Position numbers and translations under genes: made by a program. This document shows positions 26,612-40,109 of a stretch of DNA of 64,000 bases, piece by piece. This stretch comes from Felis catus (lineage: Eukaryota), in the NCBI RefSeq assembly GCF_018350175.1, contig NC_058368.1, positions 123,692,001-123,756,000 of the forward strand. The letters run 5' to 3'. Position 1 is the first letter of the stretch; every line of letters starts with the position of its first letter. Under the pieces are notes generated by a model. The model worked only from the letters and a program-made list of their open reading frames with translations, was not told the DNA's origin and did not search any database.

Positions 26612-27669
26612 GCAGGAATATACCACAAATGTACACTATTCTTTTGAGAGTGTGAGTAAAGAAAAGCAATTGTATCAAAGAAGGCCTTAGAAATATTTCC
26701 AAATTAATATTCGCAATCCCTCATATAAGTCCATGAGATCTATTACATCACTGCCATTATCCAACACCATTTCATTTCCACTAAAACTGAATGTAGAGCC
26801 CAAAAAGGGAATGGACAAGACCAAATAACCAGTTGTTCACTGACCCACTTAGGGTCAGTGACCACGTCCAGATTCGTGCTCTGGAAATTTTGGCACTGGA
26901 ACAAAGACTGACTCAGTCAGAGCTGGCAAGCAGCTCTGAACCATGCACAAGAAAGACTGGCAAAAGAAAATGCTGAGGACAAAGCAGGACTGCAAGGAAG
27001 ACAGAATGACCAGCCTGGCCCCTAAGAGCGAGAAATGGGGAAAGCAGTCTTGGCTCAACATTGTCAAAGGGTCCCACACATCTTGCTGTTTTGAACCTTT
27101 GAGTGTCTTGTATCCTTTCAACAAAAGCTAGTTAGAAAGGAAATCTACTCCTTGCAAACAACAGAGCCATAACTAAAATAATTATAAACATTCTTCCTAC
27201 TCTGATAGCATATAGATTACTAATTTTTTGATTATGCTACATAATGCTACAGTGAACATTTCCAAATTCTTATTTTCAGTTCTAATTATTTCCTGAGAAT
27301 ATATTTTTTATGTGGAATTGTAGGCCAACGGATATAAATGTTAAGGTCCTTGACAAACTGCTCCGAAAAGGTTATTCTACATAATAGCAATTTACTCTAA
27401 CAGCCACAGGGTACATAAATATGGAGAAGTGCAAAATTTTAAGACTTATGATGCTATCTTCAGTATTAACCATACATTTCTAGGCAAAAGGGTTCCACTT
27501 ACCCTTTTGTCAATGTAAATCAAACACCCTTTTCCTTTTACCTCAAAGATTACATCTCCAAAACAATCCCTTTTCATCATTAGTCAGATGACTACATTCG
27601 TCAAACCATGTTTCTCCTAATACTTAAGTTTGCAAAATTCACTTTCATTTCCTTTTGGAAAAAAAAAAA

Positions 27670-28300
27670 AACTTTACTGAAGTATAGTTTACATACCATA
27701 AGATTCATCCACTCTAAATACATAATTCAGTGATTTGGGTAGACTTACAAAGTTGCACAACCATCACCACAATCCAGGTTTAGAACTTTTTCATTACCCT
27801 AAAAATTCTCATGAGCTCATTTGCATTCAATCCTTGCTCCCACTACCAACCCCAGGCAACCACTCATCTGTTTTCTGTGTTTACATAGATTTGCCTTTTC
27901 TGAGCATTTCCAATGAATGGAATCATATTATATGTAGTATTTTCTAAGTCCTCACATCCCTCAGCATAATTTTTTGAGGTTAATCCACATTGTAGCATGT
28001 ACTTTGTTCCTTTTTTATTGCTAAATAGTATCATACTATATGTATATACAACATTTGGTTTATCCATTCACCAGTTAATGGATATTTCGGTTGTTTCAGT
28101 TTTTGTCTAGTATGACTAATACCACTATAAACATTTATGTATATGTTTTTGTGTGAACATAGATTTTCCTTTCTAATGAGTAGACACCTAAGTATGGAAT
28201 GGCTCAGTCATATAGCATATATTTCTGTTTTAGGTTCATGTTTAACTTATTAAGAAACTGCCAAACTATTTTCCCAAATGGCTCTACCCCTTTACATTCC
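27670..28300 (-). mobile_element. L1 3' end (L1MB-like), old
   Basis: Antisense L1 3' UTR/ORF2 C-terminus; ORF 27864..28067 (MDKPNVVYTYSM...) is the typical off-frame L1 translation. Confidence 0.85.
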
Positions 28301-28677
28301 TATACTCTGCTTTTTAATATGCCCATGTGGCTAGTCGTATTAGCCCATGTAAGAGTCAGATTTTCTGCATGGTAAACTCATACTTACCCACAGGTAAGTA
28401 CAGCGTTCTACAAGTGAATACTTATCATAATTCAAAAGAGGGTATGTGATATGGTAGCTCACCACTTCCAACAACTAAATACCACAAGACCACTTCTCCA
28501 TCCCTTATCAGAGATAGGAAAAGATAATATAAGAACATGGTCACACACCATCTTTAACTTCCTCTGCACAAGTACTCAGGATCTCAAAACCATGATATAA
28601 ACAACAGTGTTAGTTAGAAAGACTGGTGGTGGGGTGTCCAGCAAAACTGAGAAACTGTAGTTAAGAACTTTTTTACT

Positions 28678-29704
28678 GTAAGCGAACGAAACAATCAGCA
28701 AAACTAAAAGGCAAATGTCAGAATGGGAGAAGATATTTGCAAATGACATATCAGATAAAGGGTTAGTATCCAAAATCTATCAAGAACTTATCAAACTCAA
28801 CACCCAAAAAACAAATAATCCAGTGAAAAAATGGGCAAAAGACATAATAGACACTTTTCCAAAGAAGACATCCAGATGACCAACCAACACATGAAAAGAT
28901 GCTCAACATCACTCATCTTCAGGGAAATACAAATCAAAACCACAATGGGATACCACCTTACACCTGTCAGAATGGCTAACATTAACAACTCAGGCAACAA
29001 GAGATGTTGGCGAGGATGCAGAGAAAGAGGATCTTTTTTGCATTGTTGGTGGGAATGCAAGCTGGTGCAGCCACTCTGGAAAACAGTATGGAGGTTCTAA
29101 AAACAGTATGGAGGTTCTAAAACTAAAAACAGAACTACCCTACGACCCAGCAATTGTACTACTAGGCATTTATCCACAGGATACTGGTGTACTGTTTCAA
29201 AGGGACACATGCATCCCCATGTTTATAGCAGCATTATCAACAATAGCCAAAGTATGGAAAGAGCCCAAATGTCCATCAATGGATGAATCGCTAAAGAAGA
29301 TGTGGTGAGTATATACAATGGAGTATTACTCGGCAATCAAAAAGAATGGAATCTTGCCAATTGCAACTACGTGGATGGAACTGGAGGGTATAATGCTAAG
29401 TGAAATTAGTCAGAGAAAGACAAATATCATATGACTTCACTCATATGAGGACTTTAAGAGACAAAACAGATGAACATAAGGGAAGGGAAACAAAAATAAT
29501 ATAAAAACAGGGAGGGGGACAAAACATAAGAGACTCTTAAATATGGAGAACAAACAGAGGGTTGCTGGAGGGGTTATGAGAGGGGGATGGGATAAATGGG
29601 TAAGGGACACTAAGGAATCTGTTACTGAAATCATTGTTGCACTACATGCTAACTACTTTGGATGTAAATTTTAAAAAATAAAAAATAAAACAAGTTTAAA
29701 AAAA
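28678..29704 (+). mobile_element. 5'-truncated carnivore L1 (ORF2 C-terminus, 3' UTR, poly A)
   Basis: ORF2-like peptides ([46 protein letters not shown]); perfect 15-nt TSD aagaacttttttact at 28663-28677 and 29705-29719. Confidence 0.97.
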
Positions 29705-30254
29705 AAGAACTTTTTTACTATAAAGGGAACTCTTCTAATAGTGAAAACTACACAAATGCCTCCATAAAATAATGTTTTAAGGTTCATCCATGGTGTAGCA
29801 TAGACTGAGATCCTGTTCCTTTTTACTACAGAATGGTACTACATTACAGGGATATAAAACTATCTGATGCTCAGGAAAGAGTGGCATGCGACTCCTGAGT
29901 CCACAGCAGCAAATCATTAAGGGGTACGCTGCCCCAAGGCTAAGAGCATTAGGCATCAGTCTGAAAAATCCTGACACAAAGATGTCAGGCACCCTACCTC
30001 AACAGCCTGGAACATGAACAGACCCCACTGGGAGATATAAGATACCACCAAACAGAGAGAGAATGATGTCCTTTTGTGAAATACCTCAATGATCATATTC
30101 TTCTCCTAATTCCTGAACAAGAAGGGAAGGATGGAGATGGAGACAGGAAATGTAAAGAACCAAAAGGTATAGACTAAACTGCAGGATAATGGGTCTATTA
30201 TTATTTTTGATACCTCACTGTGGCCCTAGGCTAAACCTAAGGGAGGTGTGTGGG

Positions 30255-30473
30255 TTTTTTTAAATTTGTTTATGTTTATTTATTTTTGAGACAGAGACAG
30301 AGAGAAACAAAGCATTAGTGGGAGAGGAGCAGAGAGAGAGGGAGACACAGAATCTGAAGGAGGCTCCAGGCTCTGAGCTGTCAGCACTGAGCCTGATGCA
30401 GGGCTCGAACCCACAGACTGGTAGATCATGACCTGAGTCAGACACTTAACCAACTGAGCCACCCAGGTGCCCC
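30255..30473 (-). mobile_element. Can-SINE
   Basis: Reverse SINE; TSD ggaggtgtgtg. Confidence 0.94.
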
Positions 30474-30700
30474 TGGAGGTGTGTGTTCATTTAGTCTACC
30501 TTCTTTATTAAGTCATTTGAAAATATACCTTTGTTTACTTACCAATGGAGAAAATTCCAAGTAGGAAACAGTCAATTTTGAAAATACCAGTTGCCAAAGA
30601 TGCTAGTGAGGACCTAAAATATAATTGTACTTAAAAAGATAATAACAAGAATATGTCAATGCTTAAATTCTTTTCCTTCTGCATATATTTAAAGAGAATG

Positions 30701-30915
30701 AGGGTCGCCTGGATGGTTAAGTTGGTTAAGCTTCCGACTTCGGCTCAAGTCATGATCTCACGATTCGTGGGTTAGAGCCCTACATCAGGCTCTCTGCTGA
30801 CAGCTAAGACCCTGGAGTCTGCTTCAGATTCTGGGTCTCCTTCTCTCTGCCCCTCCCCTGCTTGTGTTGTGTGTGCATCTCTCTCTCCCAAAAAAGTGAA
30901 CATTAAAAAAAAATT
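30701..30915 (+). mobile_element. Can-SINE
   Basis: SINE body; flanking gagaatga repeats. Confidence 0.9.
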
Positions 30916-31274
30916 TAACGAGAATGAAACCATGGTGACTATTCAAGAGAACCTGTGAAGGCACTCTGCCCCATTCACACATATAATAAAGTGTACTTGG
31001 TTACATGGGAGTACGTGATAAAATAAAGTTTGGGAAAGAGAGGAAATGAACTAGAAACAAAAACAATTACTGAACTACACCAAAAAACAAGAGTCAAGAA
31101 AAGGAAATGAAGATCAGTTTTTTTAAAGCACTGAATCTTTCTTTTGCTGTAAACAATTCAGAACACTCACCTTATATATAACATACCCTCATGTTAACAG
31201 AGCACTGATATGAGTATATTTCATTAATATTAATCTTTACTAAAGAGATTTTTTTTTTTAATTAAAAATAATTT

Positions 31275-31492
31275 GGGGCGCCTGGGTGGCGCAGTCGGTT
31301 AAGCGTCCGACTTCAGCCCAGGTCACCATCTCGCGGTCCGTGCGTTCGAGCCCCGCGTCGGGCTCTGGGCTGATGGCTCAGAGCCTGGAGTGTGTTTCCG
31401 ATTCTGTGTCTCCCTCTCTCTCTGCCTCTGCCCCTCCCCCGTTCAGGCTCTGTCTCTCTCTGTCCCAAAAATAAATATACGTTGAAAAAAAA
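31275..31492 (+). mobile_element. Young SINEC_Fc-type SINE
   Basis: CpG-rich; TSD aattaaaaataattt. Confidence 0.96.
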
Positions 31493-31924
31493 AATTAAAA
31501 ATAATTTAACCAGCACAATAAATTATAACTTAAATTAACTGAAACTAGAACATTTTCCTATTTTAAAACTACCACTAAATCTTAAAGAAAGAACTCTGAA
31601 AAGCTTAGTATTAACTACATTTGAACACAATTCTGTATACAAATCAAAATGTCAAAGAATTCCGTCTGTAACAGAAGTCTTATGAATTCAAGAAACTTAA
31701 GGAAGATATAAAAATAACTGTTATTTTTGTCAACATTAAGGGATATTATAATTCAAATAGAGAAGGTAAAATCTCAAAGCCTTGAGTACCATTTCTTTAA
31801 TAAAGAAGCAATCGTTCAACAATTAAGTGGGTTCCTACTACTCTGTACCAGGCACTAGTTTGAGGCAAGGAGGAACCACAGATTCAGCACAGATCTTATA
31901 GGGTCAAGTTCTGGATTCATTTTA

Positions 31925-32289
31925 GTTGATTTTTTTTTTCTTTTTGAGAGAGAGAGAGACAGAACAGGAAAGGGGCAGAGAGACAGAGGGAGACACAGAA
32001 TCTAAAGCAGGCTCCAGGCTCTTAGCTGTCCACACAGAGCCTGATGAGGGGCTCTAACTCAAGAACTGTGAGATCATGACCTAAGCCAAAGCTGGACACT
32101 CAAGTGACTGAGCCACCCAAGTGCCCTTTATTTTTTTTTAATGTTTATTTATTTTTCAGAGAGAGAGAAAAAGAGAGAGCACGCAGGGAAGGGACAGAGA
32201 AAGAGAGGGATACAGAATCCAAAGCAGGCTGCAGGCTCCGAGCTGGAGCCCAAGTCAGACACTTAACTGACTGAGACACCGGGCACCCC
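31925..32289 (-). mobile_element. Two nested/tandem Can-SINEs within one TSD pair
   Basis: Heads end at about 32289 and 32127; outer TSD ctggattcatttt. Confidence 0.9.
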
Positions 32290-32299
32290 TGGATTCATT

Positions 32300-32930
32300 T
32301 TGAAAGTAGAGTCAACAGTATTTGCTGAAGGATGGGCTGGATATAAGTGTGATAAAAGTGGAATCACAAATGACGCTGAAGTTTACCATGTGAGAGACCA
32401 AAAGTTTAAAGTTAAATTAACTTGGGGAAGGGGTGGGGGTGGTGGTGACTGGCTGGCTCTGTCAGTAGAGCATGTGACTCTTGATCTTAGGATTGTGAGC
32501 TTGAATCCCACACTGGGTGTGGAGCCTACTTAAAAAAATAAAATAAAATAAAATCTTAAAAAATAATAATAATAAAGTTAAATTAATTGAGACAAGGAAG
32601 ATTGGAGACTGAATATCAGAGCGGGCAACAGATAGCTCCAAGAGTTGAAACTTGGATGTACTGAGTTTGAGGTGCTCATTAGTAGACATATCAAGTAGAC
32701 AGTTAGCCAGTAAGCCCACTGAGGGAGAGGTCCAAAATGAAGATATAAATTTGTCACAGAGGTGGTTTTCAGAGCTATGAAAATGGATGAGATCACCAAG
32801 AAATCGGTACAGATCAAAAAGAAGACCAAAGAACTGATACCCAGAGCACTCCAAAATTAAAAAGTCAGGAGGAGAAGGAACTTGAAAAGAATAAAGAGAA
32901 AAGGCAGCCAGTAAGGCTGAATTAAAAGTA
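32300..32930. mobile_element. L2 fragment interrupted by a short Can-SINE (about 32446-32573, +)
   Basis: L2-like ttggatgtactgagtttgaggtgc...gagatcaccaag; SINE TSD aaagttaaattaa. Confidence 0.7.
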
Positions 32931-32975
32931 GGGGAGTATAAAAAATCCCCAAGAATCTATCCCAAAACTCCTAGA

Positions 32976-33013
<38 letters not shown>

Positions 33014-33522
33014 CAAGGTCAATCACAATCTATATAGTAGCAATGGGCAATTAGAAGCCAACAATACCATTAATAACAGTTCAAAAAACTTAAATACTAA
33101 GTTATAAACCTAAGTAAGTATATGTAGGATCTGTATGCTGAAAACAACAAAACACTGATGAAGGACTGTTTTTCCTAAATAAATAGAAAGACATCATCTT
33201 CATGGATTGGAAGATATAACAAGTTCAAGATGTCAATTCTCCCCAAATTGAGCTACAGCTTTAATGCAATTATTATCAAAATTCCAGCCATATTTTTTTG
33301 TAGATACACTGATTCTAAAATTTATGTGGAAAGACAAGGGAAACAGATAAAACAAGTCTAAAAAAAAAAAAAAAAACCCAAAGCTAGAGGAGTCACACTT
33401 CCTGAAATTTACTGAGAAAAATGTACCTATTTTTTTCTCCATTTGATTTTTAGCTACTCAATATATATTTTTACCACCCAAAATAAAGCTACAGTAAGAC
33501 ATGTGGTATAAGAGGAAGGAAA

Positions 33523-33798
33523 GATATATAGATATACATATAGATATATCTAGATATAGATATATCTATATCTAGATATCTATATATATCTATATCTATA
33601 GATATATCTATATAGATATCTAGATATCTAGATATAGATATATATAGATATCTAGATATAGATATATCTATATCTATATAGATATAGATACAGATATAAT
33701 ATATAGATATAGATATAGATCTATATAGATCTATAGATATCTATATCTATATATTATATCTATATCTATATCTATCTATCTATATATATGTATATATA
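33523..33798. repeat. Complex palindromic AT-rich microsatellite (TAGATA/TATCTA units)
   Basis: Direct reading; contains 48-bp and 38-bp inverted repeats. Confidence 0.95.
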
Positions 33799-34055
33799 AA
33801 GCAAGAACAAAGTCCAGAAATATATCCACACAAGTACAGCCAACTTTTTTTTTTTTTTTTTACAAAGGTACAAAAGTCAGTCAGTGGACAATGGAGGGTC
33901 TTTTCAGCAAATGATATTCAAACAATTGGTTAGTCATACACACATAAAAATAATGAACCTCAATCTAACTTCTTACTTCATATAAAACTTTACACAAAAT
34001 GGATCACAGAGATATACAGAACAACACAGAAAGCTCTAAACTTTTAGAAGAAAAC

Positions 34056-34257
34056 ATTTTTTTGAGAGAGAGAAAGAGAGTGTGAGCAGGGGAGGGGCTG
34101 AAGGGGAGAGAGAGAGAGAGAGAGAGAGAAAATCTTAAGCAGGCTCCATGCCCAGTGTGGAGCCCAAGGTGGGGCTCAATCTCACAAACTGCGAGATCGT
34201 GACCTGAGCTGAAATCAAGAGTCAGATACTTAAGCAACTGAGCCACTCAGGCACCCC
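34056..34257 (-). mobile_element. Can-SINE inserted in L1
   Basis: TSD tagaagaaaa(c/t)attttt. Confidence 0.93.
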
Positions 34258-34508
34258 TAGAAGAAAATATTTTTAAAAGTCTCTGTAATAGGATTAAGTG
34301 AAGAATTCTTAGACATAATACCAAAAACGCAAGTCTATAAAAGAAAAAAATACCAGTAAACTTGATACTCCAAAATTTAAAATTCTTACTCTCAAAAGAC
34401 ATTTAAGAGAATGAAAAGACAAGATACAGACTGGGGAAAAATACTTGCAAATCACATATTCAACAAAAGGCTTTACGCACTCAGAATAAATGAAGATCCA
34501 CAGTTAAA

Positions 34509-34545
<37 letters not shown>

Positions 34546-34712
34546 AATCTCAACAGAAAATGAGCAAAAAACTGAACATACACTTCACCAAAGAGGATAC
34601 ATGGGTATGCAGCAACCACATGAAAAGACGTTCAACATCAAAAGCCATCAGAGAAAAGCAAACTGAAGTCCCAAGGACACACCACTACACACCAATTAGA
34701 ATAGCTAAAATA

Positions 34713-34930
34713 GGGGCGCCTGGGTAGCTCAGTGGGCTGGATGTCCAACTTCAGCTCAGGTCATGATCTTGCTGTTCTTGAGTTAGAGCCATGCATCAGG
34801 CTCTGTGCTGACTGCTCAGAGCCTGGAGCCTGCTTCAGATTCTATGTCTCCCACTCTCTCTGTCCCTTCCCCACTCGCTGTCTCTCTCTCTCTCTCTCAA
34901 AAATAAACAAACATTAAAAAAAGGAAAAAA
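34713..34930 (+). mobile_element. Can-SINE inserted in L1
   Basis: SINE body; degenerate TSD agaatagctaaaa / agagtggctaaaa. Confidence 0.92.
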
Positions 34931-35665
34931 AGAGTGGCTAAAAAAAAAATACAACATTAGTGCTGGGAAAGATGCAGAACTAGTGGACTATACATTTCTG
35001 TTAAGAATGTAAAATGATGCAGAAAATAGTTTGGCAGTTTCTTAGAAATTTAAACATACATTTATTAAAAGACTCAGCAATTCCACTACTAGGTAGCTAC
35101 CCTAGAAAAATGAAAACTTATGTTCACCCATTCAAGTATAGCCAACTATTTTGTTGTTGTTGTTGTTGTTGTTGTTTACAAAGGTACAAAAGCAATTTAA
35201 TGGAGAAAGGAGAGTCTTTTTGGCAAATGATGTTGGAATAAATAATTGATCATCCATACACAGATACCAAAAAATGAACCTCATAGAGCTTTTCTTGGAA
35301 TAGTCAAAAACTGGAAATAACCAAGATGTCCCTCAGACAAACAGAAAAATAAACTGCAATACATTCATGTATTACTCAAAAGTAAAAAAAATCAATTATC
35401 AATGCGCTCAACAACTTATACAGATCTTAAGGGCATACTAGGGATAAAAAAAAAAAAGGTCAATTTCAAAAGGATATATACTGCATGAATCCATTTATAT
35501 AACATGATTGACAAAATTATTGTGGCGCAGAATAAATCATTGGTTGTCAAGTATTAGGGACTGGGGGAGGGTGTGACTAGAAAGAAACAGTCTGAGGGAG
35601 TTTCTCTGGGGTGATCAACAGTTCTGAACAGTTACATGAGTCTATACGTGTGATAATGTCCTAGA

Positions 35666-35670
<5 letters not shown>

Positions 35671-35710
<40 letters not shown>
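35671..35710. repeat. (CA)20 microsatellite
   Basis: Direct reading. Confidence 0.96.
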
Positions 35711-35711
<1 letters not shown>

Positions 35712-36110
35712 AAAAAACTTCATGTAGAAACTGGTGAAATCTGATTAAGGAGTGTATATTAGTTAATAATACTCAGAATTTTATCACAGTTATCAAACAG
35801 ATTATCATTGGAGGAAGTTGAGTCAAGGGAAGAGGGAACTCTGAACTATTTTCCTAACTCGTATGAGTGTCTAAAATTATTTCAAAATAAAACATTTTTA
35901 AGTGTTTTTGTTTTTTTAATGTTGCTAATAGATCAAGTAAGACAAAGACCACTAGACTTAACAATTTTATAAACTGCTGGTGACTGACAGGAACTGTTTC
36001 CATCAAGGTGATGATTAGAGAACAGAATGCTTAAAACTCAAACTGTGGAGGGTTTTAAGTTATCGGAAATGGCATCAACTAGGACATGATCACAGAAGTT
36101 AAACAGTTGA

Positions 36111-36675
36111 TGCTGATTCATAGGGGCACATGTAACCCAATGTTTACAGCAGTGCTTTCAACAAGAGCCAAATTATGGAAAGAGCCTAAATGTCCATCAA
36201 CTGATGAATGGATAAAGAAGATGTGGTTTATATATACAATGGAATACTACTTGGCAATGAGAAGGAATGAAATCCTGCCATGTGCAGCAACGTGGATGGA
36301 ACTGGAAGGTATTATGCTAAGTGAAGTAAGTTAGGCAGAGAAAGATATCATATGGTTTCACTTATATGTGGATCTTGAGAAACTTAACAGAAGACCATGG
36401 GGGAAAGAAAGGGCATAAAAATTGTTACAAACAGAGAGGGAGGGAAGCAAACCATAAGAGACTCTTAAATACAGAGAACAAACTGAGAGTGGGTGAGGGG
36501 TTGGGGGAAAGGGGGAAGTGGGTGATGAGCATTGAGGAGGGCACTTGTTAGGATGAGCACTGGGTGTTGTAGGTAAGCGATGAACCATGGGAATCTACCC
36601 CAAAAACCAAGAGCACACTTTACACACTGTAATGATAACCAAATTGGATAATAAATTATATTTTAAAAAAAAATT
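36111..36675 (+). mobile_element. 5'-truncated carnivore L1 3' end
   Basis: ORF2 C-terminal peptide (PMFTAVLSTRAKLWKEPKCPSTDEWIKKMW...MELEGIMLSE); degenerate TSD agaagttaaacagttga / agaagttaaatggctga. Confidence 0.95.
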
Positions 36676-37799
36676 AGAAGTTAAATGGCTGAAACAGAAC
36701 TGGATCTTTGAAGTTGAAAAGTTAAGGGAACTGAGAATTTCCTACCAAATTTGGGGAGGGGGAGGATCAGCTTATTCTTCAAAAATTCTCAAGGAGGCTA
36801 CTGAACTATATCAAGTAAAATAAACCACCAGATGTTCTTCTAGAGTTGCTCAAAGGTCTACAGAAAAGTTTATGAAAGCCCTAAACAAGTAGTAAAGTTA
36901 GACAATGGGAAATGATTGAAAAAAAAAAATACATGCAAAGCATTTTGCTTCCACTTAAAAGGTGAATAATTGAGAGTACCTTTCTCCAAAATACAACACC
37001 AAAGTGGTTTACATATTATACTAGGAGCAAAATCAGTTAACCCTATTCTTAAGAACAAGGTCAGACTTTGAAACCAGTATGATGTTTGCATCAGTGAAAC
37101 AAGCCCTCTTCTCATGGCTTTCTGATAGACACAAAAGCATCCTTTTTCAAGTTAGAGAAATACATATGAACAGATTAAATGACTTACATAAAGTCACACT
37201 GAATTTCAGGAATGGAGCAAAGAATCAGATTCACATTTTCACTCTTAAAGAGTTTAGATGAGGATTCAGAAACTGTTCCAGGAGATAAAGTCAACATAGA
37301 CAGACAAGCTTCACTGCAAGGTTTAGTGGCTATCACTAACCCAAGCTTCCTGCCACTCTTCCCTAATCTAATCTTCACCACCTTGATTCACATTCATAAC
37401 TACAACTAATAAAAGAAAATCAAAATCAAAGAGTTGTACTCTTTTGGGCTTACCCACTTTCATCAAAACAGACCCACTCCACACTGAAGACAATGAAGTA
37501 CTGTCAAAAAGAATGTGATCTACAGAGTAAGGCAGATTTGAGGTTAATATCCCAACTCCACCCTTTCGTAGCTATAAAGGAAAAACACCTACCAGCCTCA
37601 GAGAACTGCTAGGAGGAGATTTTTTAAAAGTCTCTAACATTGTAATAATTCATACAAAAAGCCACAGAAGAACACAGCCTTCCAATTATCCTATAGGAAA
37701 AAATTCTAAGCCAAACAATGAGCAGCCAAACTACAATAATTTCAAAGAGAATAAGCAAAATTCTATAGTAAACAAAATGGATGCCTTTCCAGTTACTCT

Positions 37800-38024
37800 T
37801 TTTTTTTTTAAGTTTATTTATTTCTTATGAGAGAGAGGGAGAGAGAGAGAGAGAGAGAGCGCACAAGCGAGGGAGGAGCAGAGAGAAGGAGACACAGAAT
37901 CTGAAGCATGCTCTAGGCTCTGAGCTGTCAGCACAGAATCCTCTGCCAGGCTCTAACTCACAAAATGTGAGATATTACTTAATCTGAAGTCGGACCCTTA
38001 ACCAACTGAGCCACCCAGGCACCC
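37800..38024 (-). mobile_element. Can-SINE
   Basis: Reverse SINE; TSD cagttactcttt. Confidence 0.92.
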
Positions 38025-39309
38025 AGTCAGTTACTCTTTTTATCTCCTTGCCCCATGATTTTCTTATTGGGACACATGAAACAGAAATACTCTCCACGCT
38101 GGAGATAACAGGTAACAGATAATCTGCTAAAATTAAACAAGGGTATACTCCCCACCCCAAGTTACAGAGAAATTATATAAAAATTATACAGAAATATTTT
38201 TCTCTCTCAAATTTTGAGAGCTCCTCGAAGAATGCTTTTAGGTATATCAGAAGATTAACATTCAAGTGTAAGAATGTATAGAACACATATGTGTATTTAC
38301 CTAAACACACAACCTGTACACTGTGCTTCAAAACTACCACATGTTCTACTGAGAAAATCACTGAATCACTAGACCATGCATCCCACTTTTCTTGCCCTGC
38401 CAGTGACCTCTGCTTATAATCCCTCTAGATACAACAAGATCACAAATTGGATTTCCACCCCCACCCTCTAAGCCAAGACAACCACGCCTGTGGAAGAGCT
38501 ATTGGAAAGTAGCTTAATTAAAAAGACTCCTCTCTGCTGCTACCCACTGCGGTGAGCAGCTACTGATAAGGCAGCAACTGGGACCTGCTTTCCAAAAAGA
38601 AGCTGTTCGGACACAATGCTCTGAACTGGTGTTGACTGTTCACAAGCCAAAACCACAAGTAAAAACACAAGTGTTGTTTCTACAAGTAATACAGAATTCT
38701 ATTTCTTGTCATGTTAGAAACACAGGTTCATGATAAAAGCAGCAAATTGTCATTTTTAAGACCCTTTCTCATTCTCATTCCAAATATGAAAGCTTAAAAA
38801 TAATTAATAAAAATGTTGGAGAATTTCTTCTAATTCTTATTTAAAGAAGGAGCCCACAGGAATTTGGCTACAATAAAATATTAAGTGATCCTGTAGAAAG
38901 CCAGATACAATGACATAAACTATTTATAGCTACAGGAAACACCAAAATGTTTCACGAGTGACTTCTTTACAGACACTATTTTTGCTCATGCTTCACAATT
39001 ACTGAATAAGGTAGTATTCAAAATCCCTCTACTGCATTGGATATGCTTATTTTTTAGGACTTACATCACCAATCCTGCACTCCCATCACAAATGAGTTAG
39101 TTTCACATAAGCAGTTTTAAGCTTACATTTTTAAACATAAGTCCTGTTTTCAACAAAAACTAAATTTAGGATTTTCAAATATTTGTTTAAAGTAACCACG
39201 TAACATGACCAAGAAATTAAATAATTTTAAGTCAGCTTTCTTTAAAGGGCTTAAAGATCCTTTACTCTAAGATCCCAGGCCCTCAAAATCCTAGTTCTTT
39301 CCTAACATT

Positions 39310-39521
39310 TGGTATCCAAATCCAACCTGAACAAATGAAGGAATGACCCTGGTCCTTATTTACCTCACTTAATTGGGACTAGTCATATTTCATTATACAG
39401 ATATTAAGGTCTTTGATTATGTCTTAGACTCTTGCTGAGAACATTACATAAGATATACAAATCACACAACCTTTCAAAAATTCAAAAAGTTTTGACTCCA
39501 AGAGTTTGGGATAATGGACTG
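39310..39521. mobile_element. MER46C-like Tigger relic
   Basis: End tttgggataatggactgtgaacctgta resembles the recalled consensus terminus; highly diverged. Confidence 0.55.
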
Positions 39522-40109
39522 TGAACCTGTATTTAGATAACATCTTCACTATGAAAAGAAGCTTCTAAATTCAACCTATTAGTTTTCAGGATGCTAAAAA
39601 ATTTTTAAATTATTTGAGTTTTATTACATAATGAAACCTGAAACAGCAATGATCCCTTACTTAAAATGTACTAAACATCTCCCACACATGTATTCTGTTA
39701 ATTATCGGACTGTGTCACAAGACTTGTTTCCTTATTTTTTCATGATAAAAACTGAAAGCTTGCACTGAATTTGTAAGTAACTGTCATGTTTTCTAAATTT
39801 AAGTCTTGGCCAGACTAAGTCATAAAGTAAAACATTTTATTTATTAAACTGTCAACCAATTTTGCACTCCTTTCCTGAGAACCAATAATCTGAAGTCAAA
39901 ATACTCCTATGAGTTAACATAAATAAGATGAAGCGTAGCCCTGAAATTTTAGTTTCCTACCACATAATCCTACTCCTAGCAATGAATATATAAATATTCA
40001 TTAACTACAAGGATAATCATTTTTAGCAATCATTACTAATATTTAGCCAAAGAACACTGACATCTCACTCGACTTGATGAACAAATTTTTTTCTTTAAAT
40101 TTTTTTTTA

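Larger units (their letters stand above)
32935..35900 (+). mobile_element. Old L1M element (ORF2 to 3' end), degraded and interrupted by SINEs and microsatellites
   Basis: Collinear ORF2 landmarks: aaaactcctagaacta, catggattggaaga, aaacttttagaagaaaac, cacttcaccaaagagga, gcaattccactactaggta. Confidence 0.88.

Noticed and set aside
26855..27131. Overlapping ORFs in purine-rich unique sequence, considered as a processed pseudogene
   Set aside because: No recognisable protein, poly(A) or TSD; a BLAST search would be needed to exclude it fully
28797..29308. ORFs with reverse-transcriptase-element similarity
   Set aside because: Fragments of a 1-kb 5'-truncated L1 with a frameshift; not an active element or host gene
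29870..29990. Two small hairpins (ctcagga...tcctgag and cctgaca...tgtcagg) as a possible structured RNA
   Set aside because: Stems are only about 7 bp, expected by chance in 64 kb; no snoRNA boxes or miRNA-length stem
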